Assembly (NCBI GenBank): GCA_030699125.1
Contig: JAUYKM010000009.1
Location: forward strand, 204,958 to 268,957
Length of the DNA: 64,000 nucleotides
Source: Candidatus Daviesbacteria bacterium
GTDB taxonomy: Bacteria; Patescibacteriota; Microgenomatia; Daviesbacterales; UBA10151
Direction: 5' to 3'
The notes under the pieces are model-generated. The model saw only the letters and a program-made list of their open reading frames with translations, searched no databases and had not been told where the DNA came from. The position numbers were made by a program, and so were the translations under genes. Positions 38,505-47,706 of the stretch are shown one piece after another; position 1 is the stretch's first letter; every line of letters starts with the position of its first letter.

Positions 38505-39262
38505 AACTTGATGTAGGTTCTTTTTATGACGATACGGAAAGATTGAAATACAATCCGGAAGGTTCCTTTAAGAAAAGAGGCTTTCTAAAAAGACTGGTAG
38601 CTTTTGATGACAGATTTGTAACTGTTAAAAAGGAATTAGAAGAATTAATCGGACAAAAATCAACTATTTTGGTAAAGATTTTAGATATTGGGGTAGGTGA
38701 TGGTATATATGAAGCAATTTTGGATGAAAGAATAAGAAAAAAATGTGAAATTTATGGAATTGACATAAGTGAAGGACAACTTAAGAGGGCTAAAAGATTC
38801 TTAAAAGAAGTCAAAGAGGTGGACCTAAATACTGAAAAGATCCCCTATCCCGAAAACTCATTTGATATTGTTATTGCTTCGGAAATTTTGGAACATGTGT
38901 TTTACCCTGAAAAAATTTTGCAGGAAGCAGAACGGGTTCTAAAAAAGGAAGGATATATGTTAATTACTATTCCCAACAGTGCTTGTCTGCAACTTAGAAT
39001 GGCGATTCTCTTAACCGGTCATTCTACCCTATTAAATTATCCGACAAATAGGGAGCATATCAGATTTTTTACCTCTAATGATATTAAAAAGATGATTAGC
39101 TCAAAATTAGAAGTAATTAAAGTGCTAGGCTTAAGTTCTTTTTTGTTGGATAAATGGAATTTCTTTATCAGGATTCCCATACCAAGAATAATACAAATTA
39201 CTGGCAATAGATTTCTTCCCAGTTTGGCTTTAGGTAATATGATAATAATAAAGAAAAAATGA
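38501..39262 (+). CDS. Class I SAM-dependent methyltransferase
   Basis: ILDIGVGDG, FDIVIASEILEH, HIRFF. Confidence 0.88.
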   Translation: MKLDVGSFYDDTERLKYNPEGSFKKRGFLKRLVAFDDRFVTVKKELEELIGQKSTILVKILDIGVGDGIYEAILDERIRKKCEIYGIDISEGQLKRAKRFLKEVKEVDLNTEKIPYPENSFDIVIASEILEHVFYPEKILQEAERVLKKEGYMLITIPNSACLQLRMAILLTGHSTLLNYPTNREHIRFFTSNDIKKMISSKLEVIKVLGLSSFLLDKWNFFIRIPIPRIIQITGNRFLPSLALGNMIIIKKK

Positions 39263-39996
39263 TTACAGCAACTATTATTACACTAAATGAGGAAGAACAA
39301 ATTGGTAACGCTTTAAAAAGCCTGCAAAGGATAGCAGATGAGATAATCATAGCTGATTCCGGGAGCGTCGATAAGACTGTTGAGATTGCCAAAAAATTTG
39401 GAGCTAAAGTATTTTTTAGGAAATTTGACAATTTTGCCAGTCAAAAAAATTGGGCTGCCTCAAAAGCAAAAGGAAACTGGATTTTATCACTTGATGCTGA
39501 TGAAGAGGTTCCAGAAGAGTTGGCAGAGGAAATCAGGAATGCCGTCAAAACAAAACAATATGAAGGTTTTCTAATTGGCAGGAGAAATTTTATCTTGGGA
39601 AAGGAAATAAAATATTCCCGATGGAGCCCGGATAACCATATCTGGTTATGGAAAAAGGATAAGGGAAAATGGGTGGGAGATGTCCATGAGGAAGTATTAA
39701 TAGAGGGTAGAGTCGGACAGCTTAAAAATAAAAAAATTCACCATTCTCACAAGAGCGTTGGTGAATTTATCAAATCAAATGACCGATACTCTTCTTTAGA
39801 AGCTCAATCTTTACATTCCGAAGGAGTGAAGTTTTCCTTCTGGAAAATGATTTGGTTTGCAAAATTCGAATTCTTGTTAAGGTTTATTTACAAGTTGGGT
39901 TTTTTGGATGGATTAAGAGGTTTTATTCTATGTTATCTGATGGCAATCTATAAGCTGACAGTCTGGATTAAATTATGGGAACTTCAGAAAAAATGA
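39259..39996 (+). CDS. GT2 glycosyltransferase (WaaE/KdtX/LgtF-like beta-glucosyltransferase type)
   Basis: ITLNEE, DSGSVD, QKN, LDADE, VHE, GFLDGLRG. Confidence 0.88.
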   Translation: MITATIITLNEEEQIGNALKSLQRIADEIIIADSGSVDKTVEIAKKFGAKVFFRKFDNFASQKNWAASKAKGNWILSLDADEEVPEELAEEIRNAVKTKQYEGFLIGRRNFILGKEIKYSRWSPDNHIWLWKKDKGKWVGDVHEEVLIEGRVGQLKNKKIHHSHKSVGEFIKSNDRYSSLEAQSLHSEGVKFSFWKMIWFAKFEFLLRFIYKLGFLDGLRGFILCYLMAIYKLTVWIKLWELQKK

Positions 39997-41420
39997 TTTG
40001 GCTGATTCTATTTTTGGCAGCCTTATTAAGGTTAATTTCATTGGATCAAAGTTTGTGGTTGGATGAGGCAATTAATGTTTTGGCTGCCAAAAACTATTCC
40101 CTTCTGGGGATAGTAACAGAATATGCTAAAGGGGATTTTCATCCACCCGGATACTTCATAGTTTTGTGGGTTTGGACAAAAATATTTGGTTATACAGAGA
40201 TTGCTGTTAGATTGCCTTCTATAATTTTTGGAATTTTAACAATCTGGATCACCTTTTTGATTGGGCAGAAAATACACTCCAAGAGTTTAGGATTCATAGC
40301 AGCCCTTTTTTTGGCAGTTAACCCGCTACATATTTATTATTCTCAGGAGGCCAGGATGTATTCTTTAGCTGCTTTGGTAGTTAGCATAAATATGCTATTT
40401 TTTTTAAATCTAGTTAAGGGGGAAAAGAGTAATGGGAGGAATTTGGGTTTTTATATATTAAGCAATCTGTTAGTTTTGGTCTCGGATTATGTTTCCTACT
40501 TAATTTTTCCTGCTCAGTTAGCCTTTTTTTTAATTGGCCACCGAACTCGGTTTTTAAAAAAATGGTTAATTGTTTTACTTTTAAGTTTAGGTATTTTTTC
40601 CATTTGGCTGCCGATATTTATGAATCAATTACAGGCTGGACTGGCAGTGTCTTCCAGTATCCCGGCATGGAAAGAGGTGGTGGGGTCTTTTGGTCTAAAA
40701 CCTTTGATTTTAACTTATGTTAAATTTATTATTGGCAGAATTGATCATCCTGATCCATTAATTTATGGTTCATTATTTTTAATCCCCGGACTACTGTTCC
40801 TTTTTTTGATGTGGAGAGGAATAAGATTTGCCTCTGATTTTAACAAAAAATTATTGTCTGTATGGCTGATCATACCAATAGTATCGGCATTACTGATTTC
40901 GCTGACAGTTCCAATTTACAGTTATTTCAGATTACTCTTTATATTGCCATCTTTCATGATGCTAATTTCTTTAGGTGTTTTATCATTTAAGCCAAAATTC
41001 AGAAATTTCCTGATTATTCCGACAATTTTAGTAGAAGTTATTGCTGCAACTATTTATCTGTTTAACTCTCAATTTCAAAGAGAAGACTGGAAGGGTCTGG
41101 TTAGTTTTTTAGGAGCAAAAGGAGACAGTCATGTTTTATTGGAAAGTACAGGTTTATTTGCGCCATTTGAATATTATTCGGAGAATAGAATTGAAGCTGA
41201 TGGGGCTTTGAAAGAATTTCCAGCTGAAATTATTTCGAATGTCTCAAATCTTGAGTTTTTAGATGGGAAGAAAGATGTCTATTTGGTTGATTATTTAGTG
41301 GAGATAAGTGATCCTAAGAGGTTGGTCAGTCAGAAACTTATGGAATTAGGATACCAGAAGTTAGATATTAAAAATTTTAGTGGAGTGGGATTTGTTTATC
41401 ATTATTTCAAAAATGAATAA
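39993..41420 (+). CDS. PMT-like (GT39) GT-C glycosyltransferase
   Basis: SLWLDE, DFHPPGY, AVRLPS, YYSQEARMY, REDW. Start taken at ATG 39993. Confidence 0.82.
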   Translation: MIWLILFLAALLRLISLDQSLWLDEAINVLAAKNYSLLGIVTEYAKGDFHPPGYFIVLWVWTKIFGYTEIAVRLPSIIFGILTIWITFLIGQKIHSKSLGFIAALFLAVNPLHIYYSQEARMYSLAALVVSINMLFFLNLVKGEKSNGRNLGFYILSNLLVLVSDYVSYLIFPAQLAFFLIGHRTRFLKKWLIVLLLSLGIFSIWLPIFMNQLQAGLAVSSSIPAWKEVVGSFGLKPLILTYVKFIIGRIDHPDPLIYGSLFLIPGLLFLFLMWRGIRFASDFNKKLLSVWLIIPIVSALLISLTVPIYSYFRLLFILPSFMMLISLGVLSFKPKFRNFLIIPTILVEVIAATIYLFNSQFQREDWKGLVSFLGAKGDSHVLLESTGLFAPFEYYSENRIEADGALKEFPAEIISNVSNLEFLDGKKDVYLVDYLVEISDPKRLVSQKLMELGYQKLDIKNFSGVGFVYHYFKNE

Positions 41421-42759
41421 GTTAACATTAATAATCTTGGGAATTATTCTAGTATTACATGTTTTTATTTTAACGAAGTTGATTTTTTTTCCATATCCTG
41501 AACAATTTATCTATCCCTACCTTGTTAATAGTGGCTTAAAGCCTTACAGCCAGATTTTAGATCAACATTTTCCCGGGCTAATGCTTTTGCCCATTAATTT
41601 TAATAATTTAGGAATGACAACTCCTGATATTGCCAGGATTTGGCTGATCTCTGTTGTGTTATTAACTCAATTATTGTTGTTTTTTGTATCGGGAAAAATT
41701 TTACAGGATGATAAAAAAGCCCTACTTGTTAATATTTTATATTTAATCTGGCAGCCTTTTTTTGAAGGGTGGGTACTTTGGGTTGATTCTTTTTTACCGC
41801 TAATGCTTTTGCCTGCAGCATATTTTTTGCATAAACAAAAGTATGGTTTATTAGGTTTACTGTTAGGTCTGGTTATTATTTTTAAACAGGTCATGATTCC
41901 TCTTGGTGCAATAATTGCTCTTTATATTTTTTGGGAAAATAAGAAATTAACAAATGTTAAAAATTATTTATTAGGATTGAGTGTTCCGCTATCTTTAATG
42001 GTTATCTATTTAATTAGTATAGAGGTTTTTAAGGACTTTTTATTTTGGACAATTACTTTTAATCTAACAACCTATGCTCAATTAGGACGTGGAGCAGGAC
42101 CTACACTAGCTCATCTTTTCAGAGCAGTGTTAGTCTTTGGTACGCCATTTATTATTTTGTTAAAGATTAAAGAAAGAACCTCTCAGATATTATTGATTTT
42201 CCTCATTGGCAGTTTAATGGGACTTTTCACCAGGTTTGATTTTGTGCACTTTCAGCCAGCTTTACCCTTTGCACTTATTGGTACAGTGATGGGATTTTCA
42301 GTCATTTTCAAAAACTTGGGTGGTAAAGTGTTAATTTTATTATACATTTTAGTATTAGTATGGTGGCTAAATATTTTTTATCAGGGACATATTTCAAATC
42401 AGGTTTTATTCTTTGATAAGAATACTTATGAAGTAGCAGAAAAAATTATGCAGTATACTGATCCCGGAGATAAAATTTTTATTTTAGGAAGTCCGCTGCA
42501 TCTTTATCAGATGACTCAAACTCTACCGGCAGGAGATATATTTGTTTTTCAATTCCCTTGGTTTTTACAAGTGACCCAAAGTCAGATACTAGATGGAATT
42601 AAAGAAGATCAGCCTGAAATTACGGTAGTAGATAGATCAGTGGAAATAGAGGATAAGAGATTGACAGATTTTGCCAGTGAGATTAATAAGTATTTGCAGG
42701 AGAACTATATTAAAATAGATATGGTGGGGACAGCAGAAATATTAAAAAGAAAAATATGA
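41413..42759 (+). CDS. GT-C-like polytopic membrane glycosyltransferase
   Basis: KPYSQILDQHFPG, FKQ, about 11 TMs, C-terminal PGDKIFILG module. Start taken at ATG 41413. Confidence 0.65.
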   Translation: MNKLTLIILGIILVLHVFILTKLIFFPYPEQFIYPYLVNSGLKPYSQILDQHFPGLMLLPINFNNLGMTTPDIARIWLISVVLLTQLLLFFVSGKILQDDKKALLVNILYLIWQPFFEGWVLWVDSFLPLMLLPAAYFLHKQKYGLLGLLLGLVIIFKQVMIPLGAIIALYIFWENKKLTNVKNYLLGLSVPLSLMVIYLISIEVFKDFLFWTITFNLTTYAQLGRGAGPTLAHLFRAVLVFGTPFIILLKIKERTSQILLIFLIGSLMGLFTRFDFVHFQPALPFALIGTVMGFSVIFKNLGGKVLILLYILVLVWWLNIFYQGHISNQVLFFDKNTYEVAEKIMQYTDPGDKIFILGSPLHLYQMTQTLPAGDIFVFQFPWFLQVTQSQILDGIKEDQPEITVVDRSVEIEDKRLTDFASEINKYLQENYIKIDMVGTAEILKRKI

Positions 42760-43784
42760 AAAATATCAGAGTGGGAATGGACATATCTCAAGTAGCTCAC
42801 AGGGGAGGGGTGGCAATTTATACTCAGAATCTCTCTCAAGAACTTTCCAAAAATAAAGGTTTGGAGATGGCGTATTTTTATTCATCTTTAAGAAAATCTT
42901 ATCATGGTCATTTAAAAAATATTAAGAAATACAGGCTTCCGCCTACTTTTTTTGAAATGCTTTTTAACAGATGGAGAAACGTATCTATTGAGCGATTTTT
43001 AGGACCCTTAGATATTTTTCACTCATCAGATTGGACTCAGCCGCCATCTAAGGCCAAAAAAGTGACAACATATCATGATTTGGTGCCTATAAAATATCCC
43101 CAGTGGTCACATCCTAAAATTGTATCTGTTCACAAAAGAAGACTCTATCTAATAGAGCAAGAGATAGATCATGTAATTTGTGTCTCAGAATCTGCCAAGA
43201 ATGATTTGATGGAGGTTTCATCTATCCCTGAGAAAAAAATTACGGTAATTTATGAGGCGCCAACCTCCGAATTTAAAATCCAGCCAAAAGATAAAATTGA
43301 AGCGTTTAAAAAGAAATATAATTTGCCCGAAAAATTTGTCTTGGCAATTGGGGGAGTGGGAGAAAGAAGAAATTTGGCGAGAATTAAAGAAGCTTGCAAA
43401 GATTATCATCTGGTAATTTCCGGATATGATATTCCCCATCTGGAGGATTTAGGGGAGTTGGAGCTACTTTACAACTGTGCTCAGGCATTAGTGTATTGTT
43501 CGCTATATGAGGGTTTTGGGTTGCCAATTTTAGATGGATTTGCCTGTGGTTTGCCGGTTGTAACCTCAAACGTCTCTGCCATGCCGGAGATTGGTGGAGA
43601 GGCTGCCACTTATGCAGACCCATATAATATAGAAGATATGACAATAAAATTAAGATCGGTTTTGGAAGATGAGGATATGAGGAATATTATGATAAAAAAA
43701 GGATTGGAGAGAGTTAAACAATTTTCCTGGAAAAAATGTGCAAAAGAAACAGCAGAAGTTTATAAAAAATTAATGAAGTCATGA
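42756..43784 (+). CDS. GT4 glycosyltransferase (WbpY/MtfB-like)
   Basis: TYHDL, RRN, YEGFGLPILD. Confidence 0.9.
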   Translation: MKNIRVGMDISQVAHRGGVAIYTQNLSQELSKNKGLEMAYFYSSLRKSYHGHLKNIKKYRLPPTFFEMLFNRWRNVSIERFLGPLDIFHSSDWTQPPSKAKKVTTYHDLVPIKYPQWSHPKIVSVHKRRLYLIEQEIDHVICVSESAKNDLMEVSSIPEKKITVIYEAPTSEFKIQPKDKIEAFKKKYNLPEKFVLAIGGVGERRNLARIKEACKDYHLVISGYDIPHLEDLGELELLYNCAQALVYCSLYEGFGLPILDGFACGLPVVTSNVSAMPEIGGEAATYADPYNIEDMTIKLRSVLEDEDMRNIMIKKGLERVKQFSWKKCAKETAEVYKKLMKS

Positions 43785-44908
43785 AGATAGCCATAGACGG
43801 TTATGAAGCTAATGTTTTACAAAGGTTGGGCTCATCACAGGTGGCTTTTGAATTAATCAAAAACCTCGAAAAAATTGATAGAAAGAATGATTACACTATT
43901 CTTTTACCGTCTGCTCCGATGGAGGATTTTCCCAAAGAACGTCAGGGATGGAAATATAAAATTCTAAAACCCAAGATGCTTTGGACCAGGATAGCTTTAC
44001 CCTTGTTTCTATATACATCCAGACAAAAGGTTGATTTGATCTTTTCCCCAACACACTATATTCCCAGATTTTCTTCAGTAAAAAGAGTAGTAACAATATT
44101 TGATTTATCTTTTTTACATTTTCCCGAAAGTTTTCTTAAAAAAGATCTTTGGCAGCTTAAAAATTGGACCAAGTTTTCCGCCCAGGAGGCTGATCATATC
44201 ATCACCATCTCCAATTTTTCCAAAAAGGATATTATCAAACAATATGGAGTAAGCTCTGAAAAAATAACAATAGCATATCCCGGTTTTAATAAAGATATTT
44301 TTAAACCAATAAAAGATAAAGAAAAAAAAGAAAAGATAATTAAAGAATATGGATTAGGAGATTCCTTCCTTATATATATAGGGACAATACAGCCTAGGAA
44401 AAATCTGGTTAGACTTATGGAGGCAATTGCTAGAATTGAGAATTTACAGCTAGTGATTGTGGGAAAAACCAGAGATAAGGGTAAGTCCGGCTGGATGTTT
44501 GATAAAATTTTACAAACTCCTAAAAATTTAGGTATTGAGGAAAGGGTAAAATTTACAGGATTTGTTAAAAGTGAAGACTTGCCCTATCTTATTTCAGGAG
44601 CGAAGGCTTTTATTTTACCTTCTCTTTGGGAGGGATTTGGCATTCCGGTACTAGAAGCTATGGCTTGTGGTGTGCCAACTCTTATATCTAATAACTCATC
44701 GCTTCCCGAAATAACAGGTAAAGGAGGAATAAAATTTGATCCATATTCAGTTGATCAGATTGAGCAGGCAATCAGAACTATTATCAGCGATAAAAAGTTG
44801 TGGCAAAAATATTCTAAAGAGGCTTTGATCCAGTCAAAAAAATATTCCTGGAAAAAAATGGCCAGAGAAGTTAAGAGGGTATTTGAGATAGTTGGAGAAA
44901 TAGCCTAA
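43781..44908 (+). CDS. GT4 glycosyltransferase (WbpY/MtfB-like)
   Basis: GTIQPRKN, WEGFGIPVLEAMACG. Confidence 0.9.
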   Translation: MKIAIDGYEANVLQRLGSSQVAFELIKNLEKIDRKNDYTILLPSAPMEDFPKERQGWKYKILKPKMLWTRIALPLFLYTSRQKVDLIFSPTHYIPRFSSVKRVVTIFDLSFLHFPESFLKKDLWQLKNWTKFSAQEADHIITISNFSKKDIIKQYGVSSEKITIAYPGFNKDIFKPIKDKEKKEKIIKEYGLGDSFLIYIGTIQPRKNLVRLMEAIARIENLQLVIVGKTRDKGKSGWMFDKILQTPKNLGIEERVKFTGFVKSEDLPYLISGAKAFILPSLWEGFGIPVLEAMACGVPTLISNNSSLPEITGKGGIKFDPYSVDQIEQAIRTIISDKKLWQKYSKEALIQSKKYSWKKMAREVKRVFEIVGEIA

Positions 44909-44931
44909 AGATAGGTATAATAGATCTATCT

Positions 44932-45534
44932 ATGGCTATATTTCATAATCGGATGGGTCAAGAACTATCTGGGAGGCAAGCATCATCCAAGATTGCCAAC
45001 CGTCTCTATAATTATCTGGCTGATTTTGCCCTTTTTTGTATACAAGTGCTTTCGTATATTCCCTCTCACCATATTCGGAGATTTCTATACAGATTGGCTG
45101 GTGCAAAGATTGGTCAAGGCAGCACGATACATATGGGCTGTAGTTTTTTTTCTTTAAAAAAAGTGAGTATTGGAGAAGATAGCCTGATAGGACGAGGTAC
45201 TTTTTTGGATGGCAGAGCCCCCCTAAAGATTGGTGACCATGTAGATATTGCCTCAGAGGTGATGATTTATAATAGTGAGCATAATATTAATTCCGATGAC
45301 TTTCATGCCACACTTGCCCCAGTTGAAATAGAAGACTATGTATTTATTGGTCCCAGAGCCATCATTTTACCTAATGTAAGGATTGACAAAGGAGCTGTAG
45401 TGGCAGCAGGAGCTGTTGTGACAAAAGATGTTAATGAGTTCGTCATAGTAGGTGGAGTACCGGCAGAGGTGATTGGTGAGAGGAAACTGAAAGATCCAAA
45501 GTACAGATTAGGAAGGGCACGATTGTTTCAGTAG
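44932..45534 (+). CDS. Hexapeptide-repeat O-acetyltransferase
   Basis: IEDYVFIGPRAIILPNV, AAGAVVTKDV, VGGVPA. Confidence 0.9.
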   Translation: MAIFHNRMGQELSGRQASSKIANRLYNYLADFALFCIQVLSYIPSHHIRRFLYRLAGAKIGQGSTIHMGCSFFSLKKVSIGEDSLIGRGTFLDGRAPLKIGDHVDIASEVMIYNSEHNINSDDFHATLAPVEIEDYVFIGPRAIILPNVRIDKGAVVAAGAVVTKDVNEFVIVGGVPAEVIGERKLKDPKYRLGRARLFQ

Positions 45535-45538
45535 CCAA

Positions 45539-45663
45539 TTGTCATCCTGAGGGCGAAGCCCGAAGGATCTCTCAACCCATTCGGGTCTGAGTCCCTCAGG
45601 GTCGAAGACTTGTTTGAGACTTGCATTCGCAAGAGATTCTTCGCTAATCGCTCAGAATGACAA
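45539..45663. repeat. REP/RPE-like palindromic element (TGTCATCCTGAG...CTCAGAATGACA type) with nested hairpins
   Basis: TTGTCATCCTGAG/CTCAGAATGACAA terminal inverted repeats, CGAAGGATCTCT/AGAGATTCTTCG inner pair, internal GGGC-gaa-GCCC and CTGAG-tcc-CTCAG. Confidence 0.8.
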
Positions 45664-45670
45664 AAAAGAT

Positions 45671-46225
45671 ATGAAATATTCTTTTATCATTTTTTCTCTA
45701 CTACTTCTAATTTATATGCTCTGGCCCGGGCCCACGAAAATTTCCGATTCCCCCCCTCTTCCAAATTCTGATAAATCCACTCTGGAAGGTGATACTATCC
45801 AAATACCAAACGTCTCAGCATATTTTTCCAACAATTTTAGGGATTTTGCTACCAGCTTTTATCGAAATCATTACCAGAACTCATCTCATTTTCCTTTCCC
45901 ACCACTCACGCTGAATCATCCTCCGGAATATTCCTGGATTGCCATAAAAAGGCACACGGATACCACCTATTTGGAAGAATTTGCTTACCCTCTTAGGGAT
46001 TCCTTGTATGTGAACGGTTTGGAGCCATTTTATGAAGACGGTTCACCTAAATTTTGGGGTGCCACTATGTTTGAGATTGGTCCTGCAAATTTCTTTACTA
46101 AGGTAACATTAAGATTTTATCCGTCAAATATTCTAGTCAGAATTATCGTTTGGTTAGGTGTAGTGGTGTCTATCTGGTTACTTTTTAAATTAGGCAAGCA
46201 AATTGTTTTGCAAAAATATGAGTAG
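45671..46225 (+). CDS. Hypothetical membrane protein (N- and C-terminal TM)
   Basis: ORF from ATG 45671 (MKYSF). The track's longer start lies inside the repeat. Confidence 0.7.
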   Translation: MKYSFIIFSLLLLIYMLWPGPTKISDSPPLPNSDKSTLEGDTIQIPNVSAYFSNNFRDFATSFYRNHYQNSSHFPFPPLTLNHPPEYSWIAIKRHTDTTYLEEFAYPLRDSLYVNGLEPFYEDGSPKFWGATMFEIGPANFFTKVTLRFYPSNILVRIIVWLGVVVSIWLLFKLGKQIVLQKYE

Positions 46226-47654
46226 ACTCTTATCCATTTATAGTAAATCATTATTTATTCTAGCTGCATTTTTATTTGCTTTTATTCCTCTTTATCCCAA
46301 GTTCCCTTTTTTAAATATTGCAGGAACTTTTGTAGCAGTAAGATTGGAAGATATTCTGATTGCTTTTTTGGCCGTATCTTGGGCAATTTATATTGTTATC
46401 TCTAATAAATTGAGAGATCTCCTCAAAGATAGACTAGCTCAAGTTTTGTTGCTTTTTTTCTTTATTGGGGCTGTCTCTTTAATTTCAGGCATATTTTTAA
46501 CTCATAGCGTCTCAGGGAGTATTGGTTTACTACATCTTTTAAGAAGGGTTGAATATATGATTCTTTTGCCAATTGTGGCCACCCTTATTCAAACTAAGAA
46601 ACAATTTATAATGATTCTAATAACATTGGGGGCTGTTTTGCTAGCAGTGAACTTATATGCTTTAGGCCAGCAATTCTTAGATTGGCCGGTTATCTCTACC
46701 ACCAATTCTGAATTCTCCAAGGGATTGATTTTAAGACTGACTCCTGGAGCGAGGGTCAACTCCACTTTTGCAGGACATTATGATTTGGCGGCATTTTTGG
46801 CAATGGCATTATGTCTACTTAGTGCACTTTTCTTTGCTGTTAATAAAAGGATAAAAATAGTGGTAATTTTATTGTTTGGGAGCTCCCTTTTAGTACTGGT
46901 TATGAGTGCTGCCAGAGTTTCATTTATGGCGGCATTCTTTGGAATAATTGCTGCTCTAATCTTTTCTAAGAAAAAGAAGTATTTAATTTTCATATTCATT
47001 GCATCTTTATTGATCTTACTTTATCCCTCTCAATTAAGGGATAGATTTATTTCAACTATCACTATAAATATTTTAAATTTGGGCCAAAGATATGAAGGAC
47101 AAACGCAAGACCAGCACATCAGAAGCAAACTTAATATACCCACATTGGCAATTAAAACTTCCTCCCGGTCAGCAGAATCTTCAACTTTTGCTTCGCCCTC
47201 GGGTTCCACAGCCACAGATATTACTCCGGGTGAACCGCTAGATACCACACAGCTCGGGGTTTATAGATCTTTTCAAATTAGGCTAAATATTGAATGGCCC
47301 AGAGCCGTAAGAGCGTTTATTAAAAATCCGCTTTTGGGAACTGGCTACTCCTCAATTGATATAGCAACGGATAATGATATTTTAAGATCGTTAGGGGAGG
47401 TGGGATTGTTAGGAACTTTTGCCTTAGGACTAGTATTTATAGAGGTTGGTAAAAGGATCCACTGCTGTTTTAGAGATGAATCCAAATTAATTAAATATTT
47501 TTCTGCAGGCGTGTTAGCTATCATGATTGCCTTTTTGATAAATAGTTTATTCATAGATGTATTGGAAGCTTCAAAAGTAGCCACTCTTTTCTGGATGATA
47601 TTAGGTTTAAACTTGGCAGTATTGTCATTCCCGCGTATGCGGGAATCCAATTAA
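46218..47654 (+). CDS. O-antigen ligase/Wzy_C-like membrane protein
   Basis: RVNSTFAGHYDL, SAAR, NPLLGTG, DNDILRSLGEVGLLG, about 12 TMs. Confidence 0.8.
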   Translation: MSRLLSIYSKSLFILAAFLFAFIPLYPKFPFLNIAGTFVAVRLEDILIAFLAVSWAIYIVISNKLRDLLKDRLAQVLLLFFFIGAVSLISGIFLTHSVSGSIGLLHLLRRVEYMILLPIVATLIQTKKQFIMILITLGAVLLAVNLYALGQQFLDWPVISTTNSEFSKGLILRLTPGARVNSTFAGHYDLAAFLAMALCLLSALFFAVNKRIKIVVILLFGSSLLVLVMSAARVSFMAAFFGIIAALIFSKKKKYLIFIFIASLLILLYPSQLRDRFISTITINILNLGQRYEGQTQDQHIRSKLNIPTLAIKTSSRSAESSTFASPSGSTATDITPGEPLDTTQLGVYRSFQIRLNIEWPRAVRAFIKNPLLGTGYSSIDIATDNDILRSLGEVGLLGTFALGLVFIEVGKRIHCCFRDESKLIKYFSAGVLAIMIAFLINSLFIDVLEASKVATLFWMILGLNLAVLSFPRMRESN

Positions 47655-47695
47655 TAATATTTGTTAAATGGATCCCTGCCTTCGCAGGGATGACA
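47623..47695. repeat. dRS3/RPE-like palindromic element
   Basis: TGTCATTCCCGCGTATGCGGGAATCCA-19 nt-TGGATCCCTGCCTTCGCAGGGATGACA, containing the ATTCCC-N8-GGGAAT core. Confidence 0.85.
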
Positions 47696-47706
47696 CAATA
47701 ATTGAG

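Noticed and set aside
45614-45670. N-terminal extension MRLAFARDSSLIAQND of ORF 45614-46225
   Set aside because: It is a translation of the palindromic repeat arm. ATG 45671 is the more plausible start.
47668-47706. N-terminal extension MDPCLRRDD of ORF 47668-49173
   Set aside because: It derives from the dRS3-like arm. ATG 47707 is preferred.
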